DNA of 57,115 bases, filler included, from Diploschistes diacapsis (GCA_023645945.1; 5 parts of 5 records of this genome joined end to end with filler, not necessarily neighbours in it), one strand, 5' to 3'. Shown: positions 1-13,818, counted from the whole stretch's first letter. Numbers and translations are program-made. Notes: generated by a model not told the origin, from the letters alone.

Positions 1-878
1 CATGCCCATTCATGTAGCGATCGGCCCCCTTAGAAGCGGGTACAAGTCCATGAATCAATGGGGGGTGCTTACAGGGAGAGGGGGGGGGGGCAATGGCGCA
101 ATTCCGTTCCGTGAACAACAAAGGTGCGTGGGCGGATAAGCAGCAGCGTTCGAGTAAGTAACCTCCCAGTACTTCCCCATGTTCCAGACCCCCCTTCCTC
201 GTTTTTTAACAGGGCAAGGAAGATTGGCAAGGGGAGGCACGCAACTTTATCTACAGCGAGCACCCCCCGAGCGCCCATGGACGAAATATTGTCGCAAGTC
301 CAGCGCTTTGTGGCAGCACCGTACTCCTAGGCTTCGGGCTCTCTCAACGAGTCACTCAAACGTGGGCAACAGTAAAATCATGTGAAAAGGGTCTCGGATT
401 CGGACCTAAAAGCCTAGCGCCCAGAGCCTCTGTCGTACACCAAGGCGGGCAGGGCAGGCAAGACTAAAACTAGAATAAAAGCCAAAAGTTGCTGTGGGTA
501 GTGATACAGGTACGGCGAAATCCGTTTGCCCAGAGCCCAGGGCCTCGGTGTGATGAGGCAAAGCAGGCAGACAGGCCAGGCAAGCAAAAACCAGAAAGAA
601 GAATGGGAACCGGAGAAATCCATGGAAATAATGATGTTGCTGAAAATGAAAATTAAAAGTAAGCAAAACACTTTTGATATCGTGTCGTACACTTACTTGT
701 GATGCGTGGAAGCCACATTTGCTGGTGTTATCGCAAGGCACTGTGGGTCCGCGCCATCCGGCTGCGTCGCCTCATCTTGCTCCGTCCCCTTATGTGTCCC
801 TGTATTTCGTATCGTGTCATGTCCCGTTGTCGGTATCCCTTCGTCTGGGAGAACACTTCCAACCACCTCTAATCTCCC

Positions 879-3800
879 CTATCTCTTCAGCGCCTCCCAT
901 CGCCCTTCCGCAACCTCCGGCTCTAGCTCTCCCGCCAGACTCGGCCCGGCCAGGATCTCCGCCGCGATCCTCCTCCTCTGCGTGATCATGTCGCCGGCCC
1001 CGTAGCTCTTCTCTGGGTCCCACCCCATCGCTATGCACCGCGCCGTGCTCGCCACGAAAACGCCGCAGTCCTTCCCGTTCGTCTGTCTCGGTCCCACGCC
1101 CGGCCTGAAATTCCACTCCGTCGGATTGTACTTGGCGCCTAGTTCCTCGGCGACCCACTTCTGCACGTTGGCCAGCTGCACCGTGCCTGAGGTGTGGAAG
1201 GAGTCGAAGTACTCTACTACTCTGAGTTTTGGGGACACAACGAGGAGCGTCCAATGCGCGTTGCCTTCGTTGACCGGGATGAAGACGCTGTCAACGCTGA
1301 GTAGGTTTTCGCCACCGATCTTCGGACGGCGCGACCAGGTCTTCACGCCCTTGGCCCCGGACTTGGCGAGCGTGGAATAGAAGAAGGAGCTGAAGGCGTG
1401 CATGGATGGGATCTTCCCTTTGGTGTGCCCGCTTTTCTCAAGCACGTAAGCAACGCTTTGCTCGACGCTCGCGTTGACGGTCTCGTCGTTTAACCAGCCT
1501 CCGTTCCGGTCAAGCTCGAGGAGACGACCGAAGTCAGAGCGCTTGATAGGCGCCCCGCTGACGGAAGTTGCGAGCTGCTTGCTGCCATGCTGGGAAGGCA
1601 CGGCAACTATCTTGGAGTCTACCCTGGCGTCTTCTTCCGCTGAGAGAGGTGAGAATATGGGAAAGCTGGGGGCAGCGCGGTAGCATCGGCGTTTCTTTTC
1701 CTGCTCAAGGGCAGCGACAGCGACGCGGTCTTCGTGTTCTTTGTGGGCTCTCTCTTCGGCGATTAGCTTCTGCCTTTCTCTATAGGACAGGCGGTGGCTG
1801 GAGAGGGTGAGGCGGGTGAGAAGGGGGTTCGGGGGGGCGGACAGAAGGCCAGCAACTGTTACAGGCTCTTCCTCATCTTCTTCGTCATCGTCATCATCTT
1901 CATTTTCATCTTCCTCTTCGTCTTCATCGTCATTGTCTGCATCATCATCTTCGAGCGCTAAACGGTCAATATCTGCTGCACTTTCGTCCAAATCTTCATC
2001 TACACCTGCTTGCTCTTCACTATCGACGTCCTCTGATTGGGCGTCTTCAGTCTCGAGCTCGGATTCTGAGGTACTTGTGTTGTCTGAGGTATCTGCCGCA
2101 CGTAGTAGCTGGCCCACAGAATCAACTGAGTCCTCTTCTTCATCTTCATGATCACCTTCTTCATCATCATCTTCTTCTTCTTCTTCTTCGTCGCCATCAT
2201 CTCTATCACCATTTTGACTAGTGTCACATTGATTGCGTTCATTGGCCATAATTCTATCGTTCAATCTCGCGGCAAATGCAATATCATCTTCGGATGGTAC
2301 GTCATTCCAGGCTTCGGCTTTAGTGAACCACTCGGTATCTCCGTTGTTCTCTTTGTTGATAGCAGTTGGTGCGGAACGTGATGTATTAGAAGTCGTAGCT
2401 TCTTCCACGTCACTCATCGTTGCGTCATTTGCAGAATGTACCAATCCGCTGACGGCAGGCAAAATTGAATGTATCTGTCTAGCCGGGAAGCGCGATTCAC
2501 CGGTAGCACGATGGTCGAACGTGCCTGTGTCTTGGCGGTTCCAAGTGAACGGAAGACGAGCGTTAGGGACCACGCGAGATGCAGTTTCAACGCAGCGACG
2601 TTTGGCACTGTCAACAGAAGCTTCGGCGTAACGGTAGACGGACCAGAAGTAGAGTGGTGCTTGCTGTCCGATGGTTTGACATCCGCTCCAAAGGCCGGTT
2701 GTGGCTCGTCGGGGCGCGCGATCGCAATGGTAGGCCATGCCAGCCAGGAGATAATTGCTTCTTCGGCACAATCTATACTTGAACCAAAACTTGTTCCAAT
2801 AGTAATGCCTTCGAGCCTCTTCGCGATATTCCCTAAACCTGTAGTACGCTTGATGTGCGCTGCGAATTATGGCTTCTGGCCAGCGGTTGAGAGCCTCCTT
2901 GGCAGCCTTTACCTTCTTGATACCGGCCTTAAAGTATGTGAGCTCCCTGTTAACATGGAAGTATTCGTTGCCAATGTAGTAGGAATGGTCGCTGGCCCTT
3001 TTCTTTGGCGGATGGAAAGTGCGACGTTCAGGATGCTTCTCAGAGATCCACATCTGACACTTCTCTCCGTTCCAGGTTTCCTCAAACTCCCCGCTAAACT
3101 TGCGCTTACCAGTGATTGGCTCAACCACGAACAGAGGACGCCTGAAACGGCGAGTTCCCGGTGAAAAGAAATTTTCTGTACCAGGCTCACAGTACTCCCG
3201 TCGCCGACGTAGCAATTGATCAAGCTCTTCAAGCTTATCAAACGAGTCTGGTTCGTCAAGGTCGTCGAGCACGTAGCTGCCCGGAAGCGTCGCCGCAAAA
3301 TGCTTCTCAAAGTCTGCTTCGGTAAGCCGAGTGCGCGCCGGACTTTGTGTCTGCCGTGGCTTTCTGATACCACCACTCGAATTCGGTGATAATACGCTTC
3401 GTGTCGTGTTGTTGCCACCGGGTGCAGAGCCTGCTCTTGGAGCAAAGCGGGGGGTCGATCTTGCTGCGTAAGGCCTTCGGCTCGGGTTTATACTCTGCAG
3501 CAGGGCGCTTATTCTTGGGTGGGGTAAAGAAGGAGCAGCGGTCCCGGAGCGGTTGGAAGCGAGGGACTGGTAGGTATTATGTGAGACGATGACTCGAGGA
3601 ACGAAGGTAGAAGTTGGACGGTTGAAGGCGAGCGGCTCTGAGGTGTTGCGGGTGGTGCTGGTAGGGAGAGCAACGACGTTGGAGGGGGGAACGACGATGC
3701 TGGTGATGGGGTGATTGGGGGGTAGAGGCTGGAAGGTACTGCGGGAGGTTGCAGTTCGAGGAGCGGTAAACGCCTGTGGGGGGAGGATGCTGGAGGTGAT

Positions 3801-4243
3801 GCCGCGGAGTCGGAGACGCTCTGTAATTGGGCGAAAGGCGGCAGTTTGCGCTCCTGGATTGGCTTTGGGGAATAAGCTCCCCGTGGGAGGCCACTGCCAC
3901 GGCCGTGACGCTCGTGCGAGGGTTGGCGGTCGGTAATAGAGAGAAGAGCCAGCGGTGTAGTGGCGGTCAATGAAGTCAGTCCGGAAGGTGTTGCGCGAAG
4001 CGGCGATATAAGAAGCGGCTGGTCGGGGTGTGGTAATTCGGACGGCAGTGGCTAGGCGCGCACGTCCTGTCTCGGGATCCTGCCAATTTTGGTGTATGCT
4101 AGCAACAAGTTAGATGCAAATATGATCAGCAGTATGTATGGAGGTCTCGCGTACGGCTGTCTTCCCCAAGGCGATTGGAAGAAATTTGCTCTTCGTTGCT
4201 GGTCCTTATTCAGGCTGGAGCGGCCATTCGCTTGGTAGGCCAT
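879..4243 (-). CDS. ULP1: Ulp1-family SUMO/deneddylase-type cysteine protease (peptidase C48), ~1102 aa; exons 4243-4155 and 4098-879
   Basis: C-terminal C48 domain: WLNDETVN, FSSFFY, catalytic H (NAHWTLLVV), D (EYFDS) and Q/C (QTNGKDCGVF). The frame of ORF 879..3272 stays open up to 4098. A 56-nt GTACGC...CTAAC...TAG intron (4154-4099) joins it in frame to the ATG at 4243. A long acidic tract precedes the protease domain. Confidence 0.88.
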
Positions 4244-5026
4244 TGTTGGTAGGCGGATTCGGTTGACAAAGGTGATAAAGTAAACTCGACGGTATGGAGG
4301 ATTAGATCGCAAAAGCGGAGTACTTGATTTCGTGAAGACAGTTGAGCAAGCAAGCTGGAGATGAATTGAAGGTTGAGTGCTCTCGAACCGGTGACTATGG
4401 TAAAGATCAGCTTTGTTTTTTTGGGAATGGATATGATAGATTTAGTGTTGTTTACCTGGTTGCGCGGGCCGCGCCATGTTGGCAATTCCTCCTCCTCCAG
4501 AGGGCGACAACATTATGAACTCGATGTTCCGCCCTCGCGGTGTCTGAGAGAGTTGTTCAAAGAAGCGCGATAAAGAGCAACTAAAGCAACCTTACAATGA
4601 CGCACAGGCCACCCTTGCTTAGTCTGACGCCAAGCTTGGCGGCTCTGTGGATATAGAGATCGGATCTTACGGTTTTACTGTTCTTGTTCATCCCCACAAA
4701 CCCGTAGGTTGTGGCTAGAGCTTTTATTTCTGTTTTTCACCAAGTACGTGTACCACCAACATTTGTCTTTCTCTCCTGTCAAGAGAATCTTTGTTGTATG
4801 TAGCTTACTATAACTGGTGTATGTTTGCTCGCTGACTGCGTGTTCTGCCAGGCCGGGGAAGCAGAATTTTCATGAGAAACAGTGCTGACTATTAATGCAG
4901 GCCAGATTGGGATCAACTCAACCATCGGGCTAGAGCCGATCCAAGCATATTCAGAAGACACTATATACATGAATAGAAGGTCCTTTGACATTCAACCATC
5001 ATTGCATATGAAGTATACTCAAGCAC

Positions 5027-7022
5027 TTAGAGCCTCGCTTCTGCTTGTGCCGAACCTAATGATTTGGTTGTGAATGCCGTAAAGTATCCGTTCAAAGCAT
5101 CGACAGTCCCAGCACCTTTGACTAGGCCAACCACACATGCAACATAGCCATCTGGCCTGACAACAACGACGCCCCCCTTTTCAGGGTCCAAGCCCACCTT
5201 CGCATGAGCTGCCGCTTTGACATCGGGTACTCGGCTGTCGGGAATGGTATCCGCATATATATGGTTGCTGTATCGTGCCAGAACATGGGGTAACTGGGCA
5301 AGATCGATGGTGTTTCGACAGGCTGCGAAAATGGTACAAATCGTATAGAATCGAGAATGCGGATTATGTCGTTCATGGTAGCTCTTATTCCCGATGTCCG
5401 CAGATTCGAAAGATTTGTAGAAGCTGTGTCTTTTCAGTAGGTTAGCAGCAAAATCTGTAACCGCTCGCCTCGTTGAGACTGGATTGCCGGCAAAAAGATA
5501 TATTCGGAAAGATCCGTTCACTGGGATTTCCTCTTCTAGATGCACTTCGTTGGCATCGACAACCCGAATAACGTTCGCAGGTGGCAGCATCCTTCCGGCT
5601 TGAAGCCTGATTCCTTTTGGATGAAAGAGCGAAGACTGCGCCGGATGCTTTGGATGCCAATTAAATTCGTTGGCCCCATACGCAACACCATAGCCGCTTG
5701 TGAACTCGCAGCTGGACTTGAAAAGTTCTACAAATTCATTTGGCTCGTCGTCTTTTGGGCTGTCCGAAGCTTGGCTCACCTCGCCTGCCGAGGGCTGCCT
5801 TTTCGAAAAAAGGGAAGCGTACTTGGCATCAAAGTTGAGGAGATTCTCGGCTACAGATTTGCGCTCTGACTCGTATGTGCTGAGAGTTGAGCGTTTGGCA
5901 AAGCCGGACTCGACATGGTGTATTTTCCAGGCCAGGTTCTGTGCATCTAGAAAAGCTGTGTTCATACCTTGGCCTGCTTTCGGCTGAAGAATGATGTAAG
6001 TATAAATGCGCCTAGAAGTAGTGATTGCTTCTTACACTGTGAGTGTGGCATGCGTCTCCACCCATGAATATTCGATTGTCCAGAGTATACCTCTCAGCAA
6101 TTCCCTGTCCAATGGGATACACCGAGTACCATTCGGTCCAATCCCAGTCTATCCAATACGGCTTCAATATTTTCTTCGCTGCTTCCTGAACCTCTTTTTC
6201 CGATGCCTGCTTTCGAGGGTCCCACTCCTCATCTGTGGATGAGGCGAGTTGAATATATAATCGCACAAGGTTGTTCTCTCGTGGTATTATCATGATTGAC
6301 CCGTAATCTGAGTGAATCGTACATTTCATCTAACAGGTTAGTTGACAACGCCACCAATAACGGTTCAAACATACTTTGATGTCTGGAAAATCTGTCCGGA
6401 CCACCCCGTCCATTACTCCCCAGACATGAGCGATTGGATCCTTGTAGCGCATCTCAATCCCAAGCTTATTCCTGACGAAGCTCTTGCCGCCTTCGCCGCT
6501 GAAAAGATACTTGGCTCTCACGGTCTGTGCTTCGCGAGTTTTGACGTGCATAAGGTCAACTTCAATGGGATAATCACCATCCGAAGTGTTTTTGAAACCC
6601 GTTATCGTCCATGGTCGTTGTACTTTGGTGCCATACCTAGACATGTCGTCGATAAAGATCCTCTCAATGAAGCCTTGATGGAGTAACGTCGTATAAGGAT
6701 GCCTAGTGTCAATGAACTTTGGACAACTAGCCCAAGTACCCGTCCTGTGGATGCCCCTACCCCCATCCTGAGGATCCCAAAAAGCAACCTCATATACTCG
6801 TGCCGGATTGTTAGCCATGAATTCTCTCTTCAGACCAAGGTTTTTTAGCATGTCCATCGATCTCGGCTGAATTCCGTCAGCTCGACCTGTTGCTGTCGGC
6901 TCTGAGCGATTATCAATATGCTTGATTTTGTAGCCCCATCGAGTAAGATGTGCTGATAGCACAAGCCCGACAGGACCTGCGCCGACAATGACAATGTCGT
7001 ATGTCTCCGGAAAGGCATCCAT
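5027..7022 (-). CDS. FAD-dependent phenol 2-monooxygenase-family hydroxylase, ~632 aa; exons 7022-6375, 6329-6036, 5983-5027
   Basis: GAGPVG FAD-binding motif, [27 protein letters not shown] across intron 2, and a C-terminal thioredoxin-like dimerisation domain (VVVRPDGYV). Two GT-AG introns (6374-6330, 6035-5984) restore a continuous frame. Confidence 0.93.
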
Positions 7023-8921
7023 GGTGACACGGTTGGAGTTCTAATCTACATTCGCCTCGAGTGCAAGTATGTACACCTTGGAGTGGTCGCTCTATGAGGT
7101 TGTCTTCTTAGTTGGAACCGAGGAAAGGACATTACTATTTCTCACCACAAAGTCGAAAAGGAAGGCGTAAGAGGGGTAAGAAAGTAAGGAAAGGTGGAGT
7201 TGAGGTTGGGCATAAGCGTGAACTGGGATCGAGGTCGGTTGCAATTGATCTTCTCCGGCGTCACGATGGCCGGCCGACTCTTCATTTCTATGTTTGGACG
7301 TGCAAGGCCCTTGAGCTACCACCTCCACCACCATCTCTGCCGTTGTGTTGGAAAGCCTTTGACGATAGGGGCGCACTGAACTCGGGACTGATAATCGGCA
7401 ACTGTAGCTCCGACCACCGTGTAACAAACGTCGTTTGTTGTCGTATGTTGTCGTAAATTACGTGATTTTGCTGGCTGACAAAGGAGGAGTCATTGCGTGC
7501 TTGTAATTTACAATAAAACAAAACCTACGTACTGTTATCTACGACGCCTATTGCAGAGCCTAAGACGTCCGCCTTATGGCCTTTGATGACGTTCCGTATA
7601 ACACGATGAAGCAGCAGCACTTTAACAGCACGCTTTATCTAGGGAAATGATTACATCCCCATAACCCCAGTGCCGTTCTTGGGCTCCGATTGTATCAAGA
7701 GCTGAAATGCAGACTTTTAAGCCTGCTTTCGCTATGTCTAAATCGTCGAGTACTCCGCTAGACCGGCTTCTCGATTTTTCTCCTTTCCAATTTGTTGTAT
7801 GCCAGGAGCGCTCTGCTGACTGCAGACGGCTCTAAGAGATATGAAGTGCTTGTGGAATCTGCTTATTGGAGTTGTAAGCTCCAAGGAAAGGCCATCATAA
7901 CCAATTGACCGGAATGCGCTAATGAATCACAGCGAAGAAAGACTTCTTGTTTTGGACCAATAGTTTTGCAATACCATCTACATACATCATGGCCCCATTA
8001 GAGTCAACAACCAGGCCAAGCTGTTCTGTGGTGTTTGTATCTTCTGCTCAGCAGCAGACTTGCCTTGCGCATGAGGACCTAATATTTGGATGGTCAATCA
8101 TTGCACTCTTTTAGCTTTGTTTCCATGAACCTTTTGTCATTCCACTCGGCTCGATGGTGTTTCAGGAAATCAGCTTCTCAGATGGAATGCCTTCTCCATT
8201 CTGGAGGATCACAGTTCTGGAAGGTAATCCCTGAGAAGAAGAAATAGTAGCTCTATCGTACAGAATAGCATGCTTTGATTGATGGCTGCACAATAGAAAG
8301 GTCTCAATGTCTCCTACTAGCACATGTTTTGTATCTTCTGACAAGCGTTTGCCGACTCACACTCGAACTCGACCGAAGAATAGCAAAAGTAACGCTACAT
8401 GATTATCTATTATTCAACAATAAGAGGTAGGCCTATTTCCTTTTCTAAGAACAGTTACACGCGAAAATACAAAGTCCTATCTATCCTATCCACCAAGTTG
8501 TTATTATTCGCTTAACCAGGCCCATATTGTTAGGATACCTATGATTGTCCATTGTGAGGTCTAGTAACAGTCCGAAAAGTTCTCGTCCAATCCTGGACTG
8601 TTGACCTCTTGGTGAATATGCTGTTTTGGGGTCTCTATTGTAGAGCGATTATGCTTTTCATCAATCAATATGTAAAATTTAGAAGACTGTCTATTTTCAT
8701 CATTGATTTGCTCAAAGCGAGTTGTTGAGCTCTCCTATCTAACTTCCGTCTTTCTACCTAAACTGCGCAATAGGTTTACACTCCTTGCATACCCTCTCTG
8801 TCACTTCAACAGAAAAAAAGAGTGTTTGGTCTTATTATACAGATTAAACAACAGCAGCAACAATAGCCTATGTAACTCTTACCACCATCAATTTCTGTTA
8901 CCTCCTGGCAAAACAGACTCC

Positions 8922-11372
8922 ATGCATTCCTCAACTGATAAGGTAGAGCTTCTACCTGTTTCAACATGCAAAGGCTTTACGGAGCTCACCCGTGATCTTA
9001 TCCAGCAAGGCAATATTGATACATTCGAGTCTACAGCAGGGAATCTAGAGCTCGAGCATCAAGCTCAATCCGGACACTCATCCAGGTTATCTCACTCATC
9101 GGAGGGGCGTAGACCTAGGTCTACAAGCCGAGCAGGACATCAGCAAAATTCGCGTTCTTCACGACGCTCTATCCAAAAACAGGCATTCCTTGAGCCTAAG
9201 AAATTCAACCCTGCGTCAGGTCTCCGAGGTGATCACGCGACTGCTGGCACGGTACTGCCTGACAAATTTGAGAACTCACCTCAGCAAGAAGAACAAGACC
9301 CAGACGCTTCAATCTCGCAGACTGAGGTATCTACTCTAGCCAGATCCGAAGTTTCAACCGCGCCGACTTCAGTCGAGAACGAAAGACTCCCATCAGGCAC
9401 TTATACGCGTATCATCTTGGCTAGAGGACGTCCAATACCACCAGGATTCAAACTCCCTCCTCAAGTTGAGAAGTATTTGAAGATGGATCAGCCCGAAAAT
9501 GGGAGCCACGAGGATTCTAAGGCCGCTGGCTATGTCAGTACAGGGGCGCCGGACATAACAAGAAGATCCGATGAGCTTGATCCTCGAATGAATAGCGTCT
9601 ATGCTCAGTAAGTGATGAAAAATATTGATCTCAATGGTTAGCTGACATATCCTAGGATATCTGGCAGCAATCCGTTTCTTGGCAGTATCCATCAAGGCGC
9701 CAGCGACGAAGAGATGCGTGGTACTGTTTTTCCATCTTACAGTGCTAGAGCAGCAACTCCCTACAAGGCTAGCCAAGAAAAGACCTCTAGCAGGAGACAG
9801 AGACAAAAGCAAGCAAAGGAACACACACGTCCCAAAGGTTACAGCGAAGTTCCAAGGGAAGATCTTGGTAGTCCAAATTCAGCGGCTGGTGAATGGATTA
9901 CTGCTTACGATGACATTGTGACCCCAGGTTATCCCAAGTCGGCAGCTCGGAACTTTGGCTCTCCAGAAACATACTATGCCAACAATGATTGTTCTCAGCG
10001 TCGTATGTCGGATGATGACTATGCAAATCGCACACGAGGGTACTCTCAGCCTCCTCAGAGCAAAGATAGCTCTCGACGCTCTCCAACGAAGGTTACCTTT
10101 GCCTCGCCTTCAAGAAAACAGACGCCACACCTTAACAGGAACGTCGAAACCCAGAATGTTGAAATGCTTCAGACTAGGAGAGCTAACGTGTCACCAACCC
10201 GCTACGATATGAACTTCAAGCCGCTGCCTCAGTCTCCTCACCCATCATATTCTGATCAGTCCACCCTCAACTCGGCTCAGCTCTACGAATATCTCGCGCC
10301 AGAGCCACTGAACATTCCAAACAAAAATTACGGACAGCGTCCCCCACAGATGGCGACTATTGACCGTCGTGGGAGTGATACGGAACGCACGAACTGGTTC
10401 AAAGCGAATAATTTGCCGGAGCTTACAAACGATATCCCAAGAGAAACTGTCTGGTTTCAACCTCAGCCGCCTACTCGCTTCTATACAGGCGACGACAACA
10501 ATCCTTACACCTTTGTCGATAATCCCCCGATTGTGTATCACCAAGTTGAAGGGGGTCCGGCAAAAGCTACTATTGGTGATGTAGTGGTGGCACGCAAGCA
10601 GAACGGTGACCCACCTCGAGGTGATCGCGATTATGGCGAGGCAATTCTTAACCACCATGAATACAATCGGCTCCAAAGTCAATCCCAGAATTCGAGGAAG
10701 CATCACATGATAAATTCCGATGTCTCCGAGTACGGGAGTTACCACCGCCCTCAAGGAGACGGCAGCCGTAATAGACAAGAACTCCCACTCATCAAGTCCC
10801 AGAGTCAGAAGCAGTACCGTGTCACTCCGCCAGAGATATCCGAGTACGACCGCGTACCGGATTTGGAGCAAACACCTGGCGGCCATACCCGTGTTGTTCG
10901 AGGCGAAGATAGAAGCAGTGGAAGTACCTATTCCGGACCTCGTGGCCGCTCCGTCATCCACCCGCGTCGTTCGCGCTCTCTGTCCCCTGCGAAAAAGTCC
11001 TTTGATACCTCTGGCTTGAACGAGGATGACGAATACGTGTTCTGCGACGAAGATGCGCCCCTCAAGCGCTCTCGTTCTCCCATGAAGCAAATGTTCGGCG
11101 ACAAAGGGTGGCTCCATCGCGGCAACAGCATGAATCAGGTGGCCCACCCCAGCCCAAGGAAGAATGCATTCAAGGAGATAGCAAAGTTTGTCCGTCAAAA
11201 GACCGACGACAAGGTAACTTACCCATACCCCCCGTACCATAGCCATCTAATATCGGCCACAGAAACTCGAGCTCTCCAAGAAACTCGGCATCGACGAACC
11301 GCGCTCCAGCCACACCTCTCCCACCCGCACCTCCAAGGACTCTGCCCAGCACACCCCCGCGCCGCCCTCGAC
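8922..11372 (+). CDS. Hypothetical Ser/Pro/Arg-rich fungal protein, 3' end lost at the contig break
   Basis: ORFs 8703..9611 and 9714..11420 are joined in frame by intron 9608-9656 (GTAAGT...GCTGAC...TAG). A second probable intron lies at 11214-11262. The sequence is mostly low-complexity with an ordered-looking RSPMKQMFGDKGWL segment. The start codon is uncertain. Confidence 0.7.
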
Positions 11373-11472
11373 NNNNNNNNNNNNNNNNNNNNNNNNNNNN
11401 NNNNNNNNNNNNNNNNTTAATTAATTAANNNNNNNNNNNNNNNNNNNNNNNNNNNNNNNNNNNNNNNNNNNN
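11373..11472. other. Artificial contig spacer (44 N + TTAATTAATTAA + 44 N)
   Basis: The 12-mer has stop codons in all six frames and is identical in all four gaps. Confidence 0.98.
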
Positions 11473-13818
11473 CCACAAAAGAGATTCCCCTCCCTTCAGA
11501 CCTCCCGAATTTCTATCCCTCCTCAACCCCCCTCCTCCGCTACCACTACCGCTGCCGCTCCCACTCCCATTACTCATTCTCGCTGCCACCTCCGTAGCCG
11601 CCGACGCTGACGCATTAATCACCCCTAAAAGCGCCGCCTCCAGCAACATCGTCTTCTGCTCGAACCCCGCGATACGCGCCTCCATTCTCGCCTCCAGATC
11701 GTGGATATCGAGGACGCTCTCCGATGGGTGCGTCCCAATACCGTTCTGTCTAAGATCTGAGCGATGGACAGGGGCGGGAGAGGCGGAGCGCAGGGATAAG
11801 GTGCTGGCCGAAGCGCGAGGGTTGGCTTGGTGCGAGGGCTCTTGGACCGACCAGTTGTGGAGGATGTTGGATCCGTGGTCTGTGACTATGAGGGAAGGAC
11901 CGCGGGAGGAGGTGTTGTCGAGGGTGCCGCTTGAGCCATGGGTGGGCGAGTACTGGGTGCTGTGGCTGCGATAGGTGGTGCGGAGGGTCAGCGAGGGGGG
12001 ACGCGTGGGAGCCCGGGGCGGGCTGGGCTTTTGGTCGAGGATCGTCTCAACGGGAGCGTAGGTCAGAAGGGATCTGGGTGGCTGCGGATCTGGTCCTGCG
12101 TTGACCTCGCTGCCTTGTGAAGTTGGCTCGATTGCTGCGTTTTCAGTTGAGCCTTTCGGTAGGCTCTCACTTCTGCTGGGCAGCACGACGATATTGTCGT
12201 CGCTGTCTTCTTGGGGCGCCAGCTCCTTGTTGGACCCATCTGAGGAGTCTTTGCCGACTGAAACTCGGCTCTGTTGCACATCGCGACGCTTTAGGTCTCC
12301 AGTCTTTTGCGCGCGGAATAAGAAGGGATCGTCAGTGTTGGACTCCTGAATTCCTGGGCAGGCGAAGTTCACTTCCGATGTAGTCCGTGAGGGGGTTTGC
12401 GAAGCTGGAGGGTACGGCCATTTGAGGTCTGAGCCAAGCGCCGAACGCGGTTTCTGGCTTGGCCTAGTGTTCGACACCACTGACAGTGGCTGCCTGTTGC
12501 GAGCCGGTGACCTTGGGGGTACAGCGCTTAAAGAAGATGCAGATATCGACGGGCGATCGTGCAGGCTCTTCGAGTAGACAATCGACCCATTAGCTCCTTC
12601 GGGGAGGGGAGGCAACGGCCCCGTTGGTGCTGGCTTTGGGCTTGCTGTTCGGCGGATCCTGCTCGATTCTACAGGTATGCGCGTTGATGAAGGTACCGTG
12701 ATATCTGTTGCGGCATCTGCGCTGTCGGATACGCTGAACGACTGGATCGTGGATTCTTTCGAGGGTCGACCGGTTGAGGGCCGTTCGGCAGAATGAGTGT
12801 CTGACGAGAATGCCGATGGAGTTCGCATAACTGCTTGCGGTCGCCTTTGCTGATCTGTAAGGGACTTGTTGTCCGGCTGCGGCAGACCCGCGAGCCTGCT
12901 GCTGCTGTTTGGCATCGTTGCCGTGGCCTCTTGTCTCGCAGGTCCGGGTCTGGCAGCATCGGTCCACTCTTCTAAGACGCGCTTTCTGCCGCTTCGGCGT
13001 TTCTTCCGACCTATGGTTGCGATGAGCTCCAGATCTGGGAACCGTGGCCCCCCCTCAGCAAAATCCCGTATTTGAGGCGCCGTTCCCGGTCTCGGAAGGG
13101 TGCGTGCAATTTCAATAGCCTTTTGCGCCCGTTCGAGGGAAGCCTTCTGAGACATTTCACTTTGAGCTATTTTGCCTGAATCCGTCTTCTCCTGATGAAT
13201 TGGATTTGATGGGTTCTGAACTGCTGCATTTGGAGCGTGGTCTGGTAGCGACTGCTGTTTCTTTGAGCCGAGGTTTTCCTTTGCGATCCCTTCAGGATGG
13301 CCATTGCAGCTCTCTCCAGCACCGCGGCTGTCAACTACGTAGTTAACGCGGTAAGTCGAAAGGTTGTCCAGACTGTCCGTCTGGGAGGAGTCCCGAAGAA
13401 TTCGTGTATACTGTTTATTGCCGCCCGGTACTTGCTGGCGGACGAGACTGATCTTCTCCACAACATAGGTGTTTTCGATATTGCGAGGAATAGCTGGTGG
13501 TGACGACGAGCGCGAACGTAGCAAGCTCTTGAAATGTTTTCTGCCCGCCCTGAGGAATTCTATCGAGACTTTGCCGCGACGGGAGCCTCCACGCGACACG
13601 CCGGACGATCGCTTGGAAGACGAGTCTTCTTTGAGCTCTGAAAATCCTGGACTGGGGGGCTTCTCGGTTGTCAGGAAGTGACTAATCTCTCTAACTTCGT
13701 CGATGTGGAACGCCGATCTGGGATTCCTGGGCACAAAACGCTGGCCTTCCGCCTCATTGGCCATGTGCAAGGCGCGTGTGAGAATGCCTTCGCTGGAGCT
13801 TTGGCCAGAGTCAGCCAT
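11473..13818 (-). CDS. Hypothetical low-complexity (S/P/R-rich) protein with a short C-terminal coiled coil, 3' end lost at the contig break
   Basis: Uninterrupted ORF of ~780 codons from the ATG at 13818 running into the spacer; heptad-like DLEARMEARIAGFEQKTMLLEAALLGVIN. No recognised domain. Confidence 0.72.

Noticed and set aside
10245..11246. 333-aa minus-strand ORF and similar long antisense ORFs (2469..3164, 17492..18223, 37999..38682)
   Set aside because: Shadows on the opposite strand of real genes, with no recognisable motifs.
11417..11428. TTAATTAATTAA recurring about every 11.4 kb as a biological periodic repeat
   Set aside because: Always centred in exactly 44+44 Ns; it is an assembly linker with stops in all six frames.
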